A stretch of 64,000 nucleotides of DNA from an uncultured Alphaproteobacteria bacterium. Its GTDB lineage: Bacteria > Pseudomonadota > Alphaproteobacteria > Rhizobiales > Xanthobacteraceae. Each line of letters opens with the position of its first letter. Position 1 is the first letter of the stretch. The notes below the pieces were generated by a model. It was given only the letters and a program-made list of their open reading frames with translations. It was not told the DNA's origin and searched no databases. Below are positions 1 to 10,524 of the stretch, one piece after another. The translations under genes were made by a program, and so were the position numbers. Where the stretch lies: the NCBI GenBank assembly GCA_963832605.1, contig CAWHUO010000019.1, positions 38,108 to 102,107 of the forward strand, read 5' to 3'.

Positions 1-303
1 GGGCGCTGGCGCCGGTGCATAGGTGTAGCCCGGAGAGTAGTCATAGTAGCCGGGCGCCGCGTAGGCCGGCCCATACGCGTAACCGGGCGCATAGTCATAG
101 TAGCCGGGCGCCCATAACGGCGAAGTTACCGCTGCTACCGTTCCGCCGATCACCCCGGCGGCAACCGCGCCGGGACCGTAGTCCCATCCGGGACCCCATC
201 CCCAACGGGGACGGTACTGTGCGGAAGCGGGTCCGACACTTGCCAAAACGGCGCAGGCCATCAGTGCAAGCGCCGCGGCGCCACCCAAAAGTTTCGCTCT
301 CAT
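1..303 (-). CDS. Small secreted Gly/Tyr/Pro-rich protein, partial (C-terminus off the window)
   Basis: My own reverse-strand translation from ATG at 303: MRAKLLGGAAALALMACAVLASVGPASAQYRPRWGWGPGWDYGPGAVAAGVIGGTVAAVTSPLWAPGYYDYAPGYAYGPAYAAPGYYDYSPGYTYAPAPAP. It has a signal peptide, a glycine-zipper-like stretch and PGYYDY repeats. It is absent from the ORF track because no stop lies in the window. Confidence 0.5.
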   Translation of the reverse strand, partial: MRAKLLGGAAALALMACAVLASVGPASAQYRPRWGWGPGWDYGPGAVAAGVIGGTVAAVTSPLWAPGYYDYAPGYAYGPAYAAPGYYDYSPGYTYAPAPAP

Positions 304-511
304 CTTGCTCTCCATTGCTGGAACAAGGTTCCAAGTTTTCTTGACGCTCGCGATCGGTCTTTGCGATCGCATCACTGAGCGCCAATGATCGAGAGCAAAC
401 TCTGGTTCCCGGGCGCGACGTTCGTTCTCAGCTCATGATGGGTGGCAGTTCCACGCGCAGCGGAGGAACCGGCGCTGGAACAATCCGGCCATCGCGGCGA
501 AACGCGGCCAA

Positions 512-1540
512 CTATCGCGCGCGCTTGCGTTCCTCCGGCACGAGTGAGATCGTCAGCCGCTCGGTGCCGCGCAGCACATCAAAAGCGACGCTCCGCCCGA
601 TCTTCTCCCCGGTGAGCGCGCGGATCAGATCGTCGGCGCCGGCGATCACGCCGCCGTCGAGGCCAAGCACGATGTCGCCCGCCTTTAATCCGGCGCGATC
701 GGCGGCACTGCCTGTTTCGACGGCGGAGACCATCACCGCGTTTTCCTGATCAAGACCAAGCGCGCGGCGGAGCCGCGGCGGCACTGCGGTCTGCTGCGCG
801 GAAACGCCGATAAAGGCGCGGCGCACGCGGCCGTGCCGCACCAATTCGCCGAGCACGAAGCTCGCGGTATTGGCGGCGACTGCAAAGCAGATGCCCTGCG
901 CGCCCATGATCACCGCGGTGTTGATGCCGACGACCTCGCCATGGGACGAAACCAGCGGGCCGCCGGAATTGCCGGGGTTGAGCGCAGCATCGGTCTGGAT
1001 CACGTCGTCGATCAGGCGGCCGCTGCGGGCGCGCAGCGAACGGCCGAGTGCCGAGACGACGCCGGTGGTCACCGTCGATTCAAAGCCGAGTGGATTGCCA
1101 ATGGCGATCACCAGCTGGCCGCGTTTGAGCCGTTTGGAATCGCCGAGCGGCGCTGCCGGCAGCGTCACCGGTTCGTCGACGCGAATCAGCGCGAGATCGG
1201 TATCAGGGTCATCGCCGACCAGGCGGGCGCGCAGATGTTGACCGTCGGCGGTGGTGACGTCGATTCGCCGCGCGGCGCCGGCGACGTGGCTGTTGGTGAG
1301 GATGAGCCCGTCGGGCGCCAACACGACGCCCGAGCCGGAGCCGCCGCGGGATGGTCCCTCGGCTTTCCCGGTGCGCACGGCAAGGCCGACCACGGCCGGG
1401 CCGACCCGGTCGACAACGTCGATCACCGCGCGGGAATAGGCGTCAAGCAGCGCTTGGTCTTCGGGCGGAACTACGAATTGACCGGCTGCGGCGGGTCGGC
1501 CCCCGCCCAGGCCGGCATCATTCAAGGGCATTATTTTCAC
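512..1540 (-). CDS. Trypsin-like serine protease with C-terminal PDZ domain (HtrA/DegP, S1C family)
   Basis: 342 aa ORF. Catalytic triad context TNSHV, DLALI, GNSGGPL. PDZ-like C-terminus (GLKAGDIVLGLDG). Confidence 0.9.
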   Translation of the reverse strand: MKIMPLNDAGLGGGRPAAAGQFVVPPEDQALLDAYSRAVIDVVDRVGPAVVGLAVRTGKAEGPSRGGSGSGVVLAPDGLILTNSHVAGAARRIDVTTADGQHLRARLVGDDPDTDLALIRVDEPVTLPAAPLGDSKRLKRGQLVIAIGNPLGFESTVTTGVVSALGRSLRARSGRLIDDVIQTDAALNPGNSGGPLVSSHGEVVGINTAVIMGAQGICFAVAANTASFVLGELVRHGRVRRAFIGVSAQQTAVPPRLRRALGLDQENAVMVSAVETGSAADRAGLKAGDIVLGLDGGVIAGADDLIRALTGEKIGRSVAFDVLRGTERLTISLVPEERKRAR

Positions 1541-1692
1541 GGGAAGTTGCCTGTTTGGGTTGGCTCGCCTGGCGCGAGCCCGATCGGATATATGGGAATT
1601 CCGCTAAGGCCCGGGGAGGGCGACAATTTCTTCTGCGGTTGACAGCGGCGAGCACTTATAGTGCGGATGCGGGAAACTTCCTGGGAGGCCTT

Positions 1693-2899
1693 ATGGCCAA
1701 CGCCAATGCGGCCCGGCCGGCTGTTGCCCTCTTGCTCGCTGCAGCGCTTTCGTCCCTTGCCGGCTGCGGTCAAAGCCAGCAGCAGGCCGGCGCGCCGCCG
1801 CCGCCGACGGTGACGGTGGCGAAGCCGGTGCAGCGCACGGTCGTTGATCAGGACGAATATGTCGGGCGCTTCGTCGCCGTCGATGCGGTTGACGTGCGCT
1901 CGCGGGTGTCCGGCTATCTTTCCGAGATCCATTTCACCGATGGCCAGATGGTGAAAAAGGGCGATCTCCTGTTCGTCATCGATCACCGGCCGTTTCAGAT
2001 TGCGCTCGAGCAAATGCGCGCCAATCTGGAGCAGGCGCGCGCCAATCTCGCCTTCACCGAGGCCGATCTCGCCCGCGGCCAGGAATTGTTGCACAATAAG
2101 ACCATCACCGAGCAGACCTACGACCAGCGCACGCAGGCCAAACGCGTGGCGGAAGCCTCCGTCACCGCGCAAGAGGCGATGGTCCACTCGGCCGAGCTCG
2201 ACCTCAATGAATATTCCCAGCTGCGCGCGCCGGTCGACGGCCGCATCGGCGACCGCCGCGTCTCGGTCGGCAATCTGGTCACCGGCGGCAACGGCAGCAA
2301 CACGACGCTGCTCGCCACCATCGTCTCGATCGATCCGATCCGCTTCGAATTCACCTTCGACGAGGCTTCCTACCTGCGCTACCAGCGTTTCGCCGGCGCC
2401 AACGGGCAAATGGGGAGCAGCGAGGGCGGTGCGGTGCCGGTCGCGCTCAAGCTGATCGACGAGACCGACTTCCGGCACACCGGCAAGATGGATTTCGTCG
2501 ACAACGCCATCGACCGCTCCTCGGGCACCATCCGCGGCCGCGCGGTTTTCGATAATCCCGGCGGCCTGTTCACGCCCGGCATGTTCGGCCGCATCCGCGT
2601 TCCCGGCTCGCCGCCGCATACCGCGTTGCTCATTCCCGACGCAGGCGATCGGCACCGAGCAGGCGCGCAAATTCGTGCTTGTCGTCGATGACGGCGGCGT
2701 GGCGCGGCAGAAATACGTCATGCCCGGCCAGCTCGACGACGGCTTGCGCGTGATCAAGGAGGGCCTTGCCGCCGCCGACCGCGTGATCGTCAACGGCCTC
2801 ATGCGCGCGCGCCCCGGCGTGAAAGTCACGGTAGAAGAGCAGGCTCCTCCGGCTGCCTCGTCGGCGCACCAAGACGCCGCGCAGGCGAAGGCGGACTGA
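1693..2899 (+). pseudogene. RND efflux periplasmic adaptor (membrane fusion protein), disrupted by one frameshift near 2640
   Basis: ATG at 1693 gives a lipoprotein signal, MANANAARPAVALLLAAALSSLAGC. The HlyD-type adaptor body runs in ORF 1351..2691. The C-terminus continues in another frame (ORF 2675..2899: ...AIGTEQARKFVLVVDDGGVARQKYV...). Confidence 0.85.
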
Positions 2900-2906
2900 G
2901 GCCGGG

Positions 2907-5900
2907 ATGCGCATTTCGCATTTCTTCATCGACCGGCCGATCTTTGCCGCCGTGATCTCGATCGTGTTCGTGATCCTCGGCGCCGTGTCGTTTTCGCGCC
3001 TGCCGATCGCGCAATACCCCGAGATCGCGCCGCCCTTGATCAGCGTCACCGGCCAATATCCCGGCGCCAGCGCCGAGGTCGTGGCCTCGACCGTGGTCAC
3101 GCCGATCGAGCAGCAGATCAACGGCGTCGAGAACATGATCTACATGGCGTCGAACTCGACCGCCGACGGGCGCTTCTCGATCGCGGTCAGCTTCGAACTC
3201 GGCACCAATCTCGACATCGCCCAGGTGCAGGTGCAGAACCGCGTCGCCATCGCGCAGCCGCGGCTGCCGGCCGACGTGCGCAATATCGGCGTCACGGTGC
3301 AGAAAGTCCTCGCCCGACCTGATGATGGTCGTGCACCTCTACTCGCCCGACCAGTCGCGCAACTCGCTGTTCATCTCCAATTACGCCACGCTCGAAGTGA
3401 CCGACGCGGTCACCCGCGTCGACGGCGTCGGCTCGATCATCGTGTTCGGCGCCCGCGATTATTCGATGCGCGTGTGGCTCGATCCCGATCGCCTGCAATC
3501 GCTCGGCCTGACCGCGACCGACGTCACCAACGCGCTGCAGGGGCAGAACATCCAGGTCGCCTCCGGCATGCTCGATCAGCCGCCGGTCGCGCATCCGGGC
3601 GCCTTCCAGATCGCGGTGCAGACGCTCGGCCGCCTCGCCGATCCCGACGAATTCGCCTCGATCGTGGTCAAACAGACGCCCGGCGCCGTGGTGCGGTTGA
3701 AGGACGTCGCCAGGGTCGAGCTGGCGGCGCTCGATTATTCGTCGAATTCCTATCTCGATCACGATCCGGCGGTGGCGCTCGCCATCTTCCAGCGCCCGGG
3801 CTCCAATGCGCTGGCCACCGCCGAAGGCGTCAAAAGCCTGATGGACCAGCTGTCGAAGCGATTTCCGCCCGGCGTCAAATACGACATCTTCTTCAATCCG
3901 ACCCAGTTCATCCAGCAATCGGTCGACGCCGTGATCGAGACGATCGGCGAGGCGATCGTGCTGGTCGTGCTGGTGGTGATCCTGTTCCTGCAGACCTGGC
4001 GCGCGGCGATCATTCCGCTCGTCGCCATCCCGGTGTCGCTGATCGGCACCTTCTTCTTCATGGCGGCGTTCGGCTTCACGCTCAACAATCTGTCCCTGTT
4101 CGGGCTGGTGCTGGCGATCGGCATCGTGGTCGATGACGCCATCGTCGTGGTCGAGAACGTCGAACGCAACATCGCCTCGGGCCTGGCGCCGCGCGAAGCG
4201 GCGCGCAAGAGCATGGACGAGGTCGGCTCGGCGCTGATCGCCATCGCGCTCGTGCTCTGCGCCGTGTTCGTGCCGTCGGTGTTCATCACCGGCATATCCG
4301 GGCAATTCTACCGGCAGTTCGCGCTGACCATCGCCGGCGCCACCATCATTTCGCTGATCGTCTCGCTGACGCTGTCGCCGGCGATGTGCGCGCTGCTGCT
4401 GAAGCCGCACGCGATCCGACGCATCGCGACCGCTGGTGGGAGCGGCCGATCCACGGCTTCTTCCGGCCTTTCAATCGCGGCTTCAACGGCCTCGGCGCGC
4501 GGCGTCTCCTGGCTCGCGACGCGCACCGTGCGCCGCGCCGGCGATCATGGTGGTCGATCTATGTCGTCGTGATCGGTTTCGGCCTCAACCAGTTCCGCCA
4601 GACGCCGGTCGGCTTCATCCCGCAGATCGACGCCGGCTACATGATCGTCGTGGTGCAGCTGCCGCCCGGCGCGTCGCTGGCGCGCACCGACGCGGTGCAG
4701 CAGCGCGCGCTCGACATCGCGCTCGAGCGTGCCCGGCGTCGCCCACGGCGTGAACGTCGTCGGCTTTTCCGGCGCGACCTTCACCAATTCGCCCAACGCC
4801 GGCGCGATCTTTCTGGTGCTCGATTCCTTCGAGAAGCGCGCCAAGGATCCGCGCCAATCGGCGCAGGCATCCAGGCCGAGCTCAATCGCCGGCTGTCCAA
4901 GATCCAGGACGGCTTCTTCGTCGCGGTGCTGCCGCCGCCGGTGCGCGGCATCAGCAATGCCGGCGGCTTCCGCATGATCGTCGAGGACCGCGCCGGACAC
5001 GGCTCGGCGGCGCTGCGCAGCGCCACGGCGGCGATCATGGCGCGCGCGGCGCAGACGCCGGGCCTGACCAACGTGTTCACGCTGTTCGAGACCTCGACGC
5101 CGCAGCTCTATCTCGACATCGACCGCACCAAGGCGCAGCTGCTCGGCGTCAACGTGCACGGACGTGTTCAACGCGCTGCAGGTCTATATCGGCTCGTCCT
5201 ACGTCAACGACTTCAATCTGTTCGGACGCACCTTCCGCGTCACCGCGCAGGCGCGTGACGAGGACCGCCAGGATATCGCCGATGTGCTCAAGATCCGCGT
5301 GCGCAATACCAACGGCGACACCGTGCCGCTTGGCTCCTTCACCACCGTGAGCGACATTTCCGGCCCGTTCCGGGTGCCGCGCTACAATCTCTATCCCTGC
5401 GCCGAGCTCGACGGCGCCGCCGCGCCCGGCTATTCGCAGGGCCAGGCGATTGCGATCATGGACAAGCTCGCGGCGGAAACGCTGCCGGAAGGTTTTGCCA
5501 CCGAGTGGACCTCGCTCGCGTTCCAGCAGATCAGGGCCGGCAATACCGCCATGTTCGCCTTCGTGCTGGCGGTGGTGTTCGTCTTCCTCGTCCTCGCCGC
5601 GCAGTACGAGAGCCTCACGCTGCCGCTGGCGGTGATCCTGATCGTGCCGATGTGCCTCGTTGCCGCCATCACCGGCGTCATCCTGCGCGGGCAGGACAAC
5701 AATATCCTTACCCAGGTCGGCTTCGTGGTGCTGATCGGGCTGGCCGCCAAGAACGCCATCCTGATCGTCGAGTTCGCCCGCCAGCTCGAGGATCAAGGCC
5801 GCAACCGCTGGGAAGCCGCGGTCGAGGCGACGCGGCTGCGGCTCCGCCCGATCCTGATGACGTCGTTTGCGTTCATCCTCGGCGTCTCGCCGCTGGTCTG

Positions 5901-6084
5901 GGCGATCGGCGCCGGCGCCGAGCTGCGCCAGGCACTCGGCACGGCGGTGTTTTTCGGCATGATCGGCGTGACCGCGTTCGGACTGATTTTTACGCCAGTG
6001 TTCTATGTGATCGCCCGCGCGATTGCCCGACTTGGCCCGCGGCGCGGCAAACTGCGGCAGACGAAAGTGCAGCCGGCGGAGTAG
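2907..6084 (+). pseudogene. RND efflux permease (AcrB/MexB-like, HAE1 family), broken by 7-8 frame changes
   Basis: Homologous sequence can be followed through ORFs 2907.., 3322.., 4386.., 4436.., 4729.. and 5164..6084. Approximate switch points are 3305, 4405, 4497, 4550, 4725, 4868 and 5158. N-terminus MRISHFFIDRPIFAAVISI and the C-terminal TM bundle are typical of AcrB. Confidence 0.9.
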
Positions 6085-6304
6085 CCGTTCTTCGACTACG
6101 GCTGACGCCAATCGGCATTGGTGCGCAAGGCGAAATTGTCCGCCGCTGCACATGAGCTAAAGCGTTGTTTCTGCGGGTGCCGCGAAGCATCGGGACATCT
6201 ACCTATGCCCGCGTTTGCAGATTTTTTCGTTCATTCAGTATTTAGCTGAGCTGGCTCGGCTGATTTGCGGCCGATCATCCGGTCCAACTCGCCTTGTCGA
6301 TGCC

Positions 6305-7366
6305 ATGAGCCAACTTCTGTTTCTCACCGACACCCTGGCGAAAGCAGAGTCCATGCGGGTGTGGCTCGGTTCGAGCTTTGCGCTCGAAGTCATCCATTCC
6401 TCTCGAATAAGCGATGCGGTTCCAGACGACGACTTGCTCGTCGATATAAGCCTGACCAACGACATTATGTTTTTCCGAATCAGGAACTGGTTAAATCTCC
6501 GCCGTAGAGATCGAAAACTGATCTTTTTGGTCGACCGAAGTTCTCCAATCGAATCGATAAGGTCGAGTGAACTGGACGCCACGCATATTTGCCATCGTCC
6601 GCCCGACAGGAATCGCATCTTTGACGCGCTGTTGGGTGACTTTGGTTCTCTCGCGTCCGATGTATCGAGTCCGCCGCTCAAAAGCTGTCAGGGGGTCGGT
6701 CCGACGCTCAACGCGCTCGAGAGCATGTTCCGCTCGTCGCGCCAAGGTCTCGCGCTGGATCTGCCGGCGATAAACAGCGCCAGCGACATCGTGATCGAGA
6801 CGGTACGAGGCATGGGATTGGAAGAGTGGCTTAACATCGTGCGAAGACATCACAGCCAAACCTACCAGCATTCTCTGATCGTGGTCGGGGTTACCGCCGC
6901 TTTCTGCGGCCGGCTCGGTTTTTCAAATACGGAGCAGTCGCGGATTGCGCTTGCGGCGATGTTTCATGATATCGGCAAGGTCTACCTTCCAATATCCGTG
7001 CTGGAAAAGCCCTCGGCTCTCGACGAAGGCGAATGGGCGGAGATGCGCAGGCATCCGCGGTACGGATACGAAACTTTGAGGCTGGTCTCCGGCATTCACA
7101 AGGACATTCTGGAGGTGGTCCTTCATCATCACGAGCTTCTCGATGGATCGGGCTATCCGGACGGATTGGCCTCGAACGGCATCGGCAACTCGGTGCGTAT
7201 CGTGACCATCTGCGACATCTTCGCGGCCTTAATCGAACGGCGGCTGTACCGAAAAGCCATCTCCGGCGATGAGGCTTTGGGCAAAATGCGCAAGATGGGT
7301 GCGAAGCTCGATCAGGCTATCTTGCGCGAGTTTGCCTTTGCTTCGGATTTACGGTTGGTTGCCTGA
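6305..7366 (+). CDS. HD-GYP domain protein (probable c-di-GMP phosphodiesterase) with divergent N-terminal domain
   Basis: HDIGK ... HHHELLDGSGYPDGL motifs. An alternative TTG start lies at 6215. The gene is about 46-53% GC in sampled stretches against about 65% background. Confidence 0.8.
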   Translation: MSQLLFLTDTLAKAESMRVWLGSSFALEVIHSSRISDAVPDDDLLVDISLTNDIMFFRIRNWLNLRRRDRKLIFLVDRSSPIESIRSSELDATHICHRPPDRNRIFDALLGDFGSLASDVSSPPLKSCQGVGPTLNALESMFRSSRQGLALDLPAINSASDIVIETVRGMGLEEWLNIVRRHHSQTYQHSLIVVGVTAAFCGRLGFSNTEQSRIALAAMFHDIGKVYLPISVLEKPSALDEGEWAEMRRHPRYGYETLRLVSGIHKDILEVVLHHHELLDGSGYPDGLASNGIGNSVRIVTICDIFAALIERRLYRKAISGDEALGKMRKMGAKLDQAILREFAFASDLRLVA

Positions 7367-7421
7367 TTTAGGGCTTCTTCCCCGGCGCGCACGGTCTTGG
7401 TTTTCGGCGCGGCGTGGGATA

Positions 7422-8000
7422 ATGGCAGACCGTATCTGCGACTGGATGGCGATGCCGAGGCCTTCGTTGCATAGCCCGACAAACATCGAGACCTCCTGGC
7501 CGGACGCGATCCATGCGCACTTCCGTCGCGTGGACATTCGCCAAATCGGTTATGTACCCGATGCTGGCCATAGCCGGCTCATTACGCTCTGCCGCGACGA
7601 CCCAAACATCGCCGACGTTGTGCTGACCACCGAGGAGGAGGGGGTAGGGCTCGTCGCTGGCGCGGCGCTGGGCGGCCAGCGCGCCGCTTTGCTTATGCAG
7701 TCGAGCGGCGTCGGCAATTGCATCAATATGTTTTCGTTGCTGCGCAATTGCGGCTTCGGTTGTTTGGTGGTCGTGACCATGCGCGGCGAATTCGGCGAGT
7801 TCAATCCCTGGCAAGTGCCGATGGGCGCGATCACTGAGGAGGTTATGCGCCTTTCTGGCTTTCTCACCTATCGGATCGAAAGCGCCGACGCCGTCGATGA
7901 GATCGTCGGTGCCGGTTGCGACATGGCATTCGACGGCAATCTCCAAATTGCGATTCTGCTGTCACAGCGGCTGATCGGCCGCAAGCAATGGACGCGATAA
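7422..8000 (+). CDS. Thiamine-diphosphate enzyme, alpha (pyrimidine-binding) subunit of a split sulfopyruvate/phosphonopyruvate-decarboxylase-type enzyme
   Basis: ATG at 7422 within ORF 7269..8000. Sequence ...GYVPDAGHSRLI...TTEEEGVGLVAGAALGGQRAALLMQSSGVGNCIN... resembles ComD-like subunits. The stop overlaps the start of the next gene. Confidence 0.7.
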   Translation: MADRICDWMAMPRPSLHSPTNIETSWPDAIHAHFRRVDIRQIGYVPDAGHSRLITLCRDDPNIADVVLTTEEEGVGLVAGAALGGQRAALLMQSSGVGNCINMFSLLRNCGFGCLVVVTMRGEFGEFNPWQVPMGAITEEVMRLSGFLTYRIESADAVDEIVGAGCDMAFDGNLQIAILLSQRLIGRKQWTR

Positions 8001-8562
8001 TGCTCGACCGGCGGGATTTTGTGCGGCAGCTCCTCGTCGACCGCGGCGATCTCCTTGTCGTCTGCGGCCTCGGCTCGGCGACCTGGGATGTCGCCGCGGC
8101 CACCATGCGCTCAACTTCTATCTCTGGGGCGCCATGGGCGGCACCGCGATGATCGGCCTTGGGCTGGCGCTGGCGCGGCCCGACCGCCGCGTTGCCGTCA
8201 TCACCGGCGACGGCGACATGCTGATGGGGATGGGCAGCCTCGCGACCATCGGCGTCAAAGAGCCGAACAATCTCGCCATCGTGATGCTCAACAACGCGCG
8301 CTACGCCGAGACCGGCATGCAGCCGAGCCATACCGATGCCGGCGTCGATCTTGCCGGTACGGCGCTGGCGTGCCGGTTCAAACACGCGCGCACGATTTCG
8401 CACCTCGAGGAGGCGGCGGACATCCGTTCACTGCTCCACGCCGGCGAGGGCCCAATCTTCGTCGATGCGCGCATCAAAGCCGAGGATGTGCCGCGGGTGT
8501 TGCCGCTGCGCGACGGTCACGCGATTAAGCAGCGCTTTATCGCGGCTCTGAATTCCGCCTGA
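7988..8562 (+). pseudogene. Thiamine-diphosphate enzyme, beta (diphosphate-binding) subunit, one frameshift near 8100
   Basis: The N-terminus MDAIMLDRRDFVRQLLVDRGDLLVVCGLGSATWDVAAA lies in the frame of ORF 7916... It continues as HHALNFYLWGAMGGTAMIGLG in the frame of ORF 8134..8562. The ThDP motif GDGDMLMGMGSLATIG...NN is present. Confidence 0.7.
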
Positions 8563-8707
8563 TACGCAAGGCACGTCGCGGCGGGGCTCCAGAATTTGGC
8601 CGAAAACATGGGAGGGGTCCAACTTCAATGTGATTTCTCTATCCGTTGGTTTGCTTGTATGCAGTCTTCCGGCACTATGGGGCTGCATTGAGAGGGGAGA
8701 TTGTCAC

Positions 8708-9148
8708 ATGATCCGCAGCGTTTTCATTGTCGCGGGAGTTGCCTTAAGCCTGACCGTCGCGTTGGCGCAGCAAGACCCGATCGCCGCTCGCAAGGCGCTG
8801 ATGAAGGCCAATGGCGACGAGGCCAAAATCGGCGCCGCCATGATGAAGGGCGAGGCGCCTTTCGATCTCGCTGCGGCGAAGAAGATTTTCGCTGCATGGG
8901 AAGATGCGGCCATGAAGATGCCAGAGCTGTTCCCCGACAACTCGAAGACCGGCGGCGATACCGCTGCCCGTGCCGAAATCTGGCAGAACATTCCCGACGT
9001 CAAAGAAAGATTTGCCAAACTCGGCGCCGACGCCAAGGAGGCGGCCGCTACGGTCACCGATCTCAACAGCTTCAAGGCGTCGTTCGGCAGCATCGGCAAG
9101 AATGATTGCGGCGGCTGTCACGAAAAATACCGGGTCAAAAAGAGCTGA
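8708..9148 (+). CDS. Class II c-type cytochrome (cytochrome c-prime / c-556 family), secreted
   Basis: ATG at 8708. Signal peptide MIRSVFIVAGVALSLTVALA. There is a single heme motif, CGGCH, close to the C-terminus, as in four-helix-bundle class II cytochromes. Confidence 0.8.
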   Translation: MIRSVFIVAGVALSLTVALAQQDPIAARKALMKANGDEAKIGAAMMKGEAPFDLAAAKKIFAAWEDAAMKMPELFPDNSKTGGDTAARAEIWQNIPDVKERFAKLGADAKEAAATVTDLNSFKASFGSIGKNDCGGCHEKYRVKKS

Positions 9149-9243
9149 CCGGAACGATGGCCGATGTCCGCTCGTCCTCGGGAATGTGGGGACCCAGTGC
9201 TGGGTTCCTGTCTTCGCGGGAATGAGCGGAGAAACACGGCGCG

Positions 9244-10174
9244 ATGCGAACGCTCACGTTCATCGCCGCGGCCGTCGCCGCCGTCGCTGCGCTTCTTTGG
9301 GCGCTGACAATTCCGGCGACCGTTCCGGCTTCGGCGCTGCCGTCCGTATACGCCGGATATCGGCAACGGCCGGACGATGTTCGATATCGGCGGTTGCGCG
9401 TCCTGCCACGCCACGCCGAACGCGAATCCCAATAAGGTCGAGCGCACGCGGCTGGGCGGCGGCTTTGCTTTGAAATCGCCGTTCGGCACCTTCTATGCGC
9501 CGAACATCTCTCCCGACGCGCGCGACGGCATCGGCGCCTGGAGCGAGGCGGATTTCGTCACCGCGCTCTGCAAGGGAACCTCGCCGCGCGGCAAGCATCT
9601 GTTCCCGGCATTCCCCTATACGTCCTATGCGCGCATGGAGCTTTCTGATGTGCGCGATCTCTTTGCCTACATCAAAACTCTGCCGCCGGTGGCAGGCCGA
9701 CCGCCCAAGCACGATCTCAAATTTCCCTTCAATGTCCGCCGGCTGGTCGGCGTGTGGAAGCTTCTGTTTTTCCACGTCGCGCCATTTACCGCGCAATCGG
9801 CGGAACTCAATCGCGGGGCTTATCTGGTCAATGCGCCCGGACACTGCGCGGAGTGCCACAGCCCGCGTAATTTTCTCGGCGCTGTTGTCGAAAGCCAGCG
9901 CTTCGCCGGCGGCCCTGCTCCGGACGGCAAGGCGTGGGTGCCGAATATTACGCCGACGGGGCTGCAGCACGATGACCCTGTGTGGTCGGAGAAAGACATC
10001 GCGAGCTATCTCAGTGACGGCATGGAGCCGGGCGGCGATTTTGCCGGCGGACCGATGGCGGAAGTTATTCGCAATACGTCGCTGCTCAGCGCCAGCGATC
10101 GCGCCGCGATAGCGGCCTACATTTATTCCTTGCCGCCGCGGCAAGGCCCGAAGCCGCCGCCGAAGAAGGAGTAG
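9244..10174 (+). pseudogene. Di-heme cytochrome c, one frameshift near 9345
   Basis: Two CXXCH motifs (CASCH, CAECH) lie in ORF 9377..10174. The signal-peptide-like N-terminus MRTLTFIAAAVAAVAALLWALTIPA sits in a different frame (ORF 9244..). Confidence 0.75.
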
Positions 10175-10179
10175 GACAG

Positions 10180-10431
10180 CTACGACCCGCCGAACGCCTT
10201 GAAGGTGATGATGGTGCGCGTGTCCTGCACGCCGGGGACGGTTTGCACCTTCTCGGCAATGAAATGGCCAATGTCGGTTCCCTGCTCGACATAGAATTTA
10301 ACCAGCAGGTCGAAATCGCCGGCCGTCGAATAGATTTCCGAGGCGATCTCGGCATCCGCCAGCCTGTTGGCCACCTCGTAGGACTTGCCGAGCTGGCACT
10401 TGATCTGCACGAAGAAGGGAACCATGCGCAC
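10180..10431 (-). CDS. Stand-alone Lrp/AsnC ligand-binding (RAM) domain protein
   Basis: 83 aa, no HTH domain. Sequence MVPFFVQIKCQLGKSYEVANRLADAEIASEIYSTAGDFDLLVKF... is typical of the AsnC-type effector domain. Confidence 0.75.
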   Translation of the reverse strand: MRMVPFFVQIKCQLGKSYEVANRLADAEIASEIYSTAGDFDLLVKFYVEQGTDIGHFIAEKVQTVPGVQDTRTIITFKAFGGS

Positions 10432-10524
10432 CTCCGGACGGGCCTACAGTACGAATAGCCAAGCCGGCTGCAAGAGCCGCGCCGGGCATAGTATCCTCAA
10501 GCCGGCGCTGAAAGACCACGCAAA

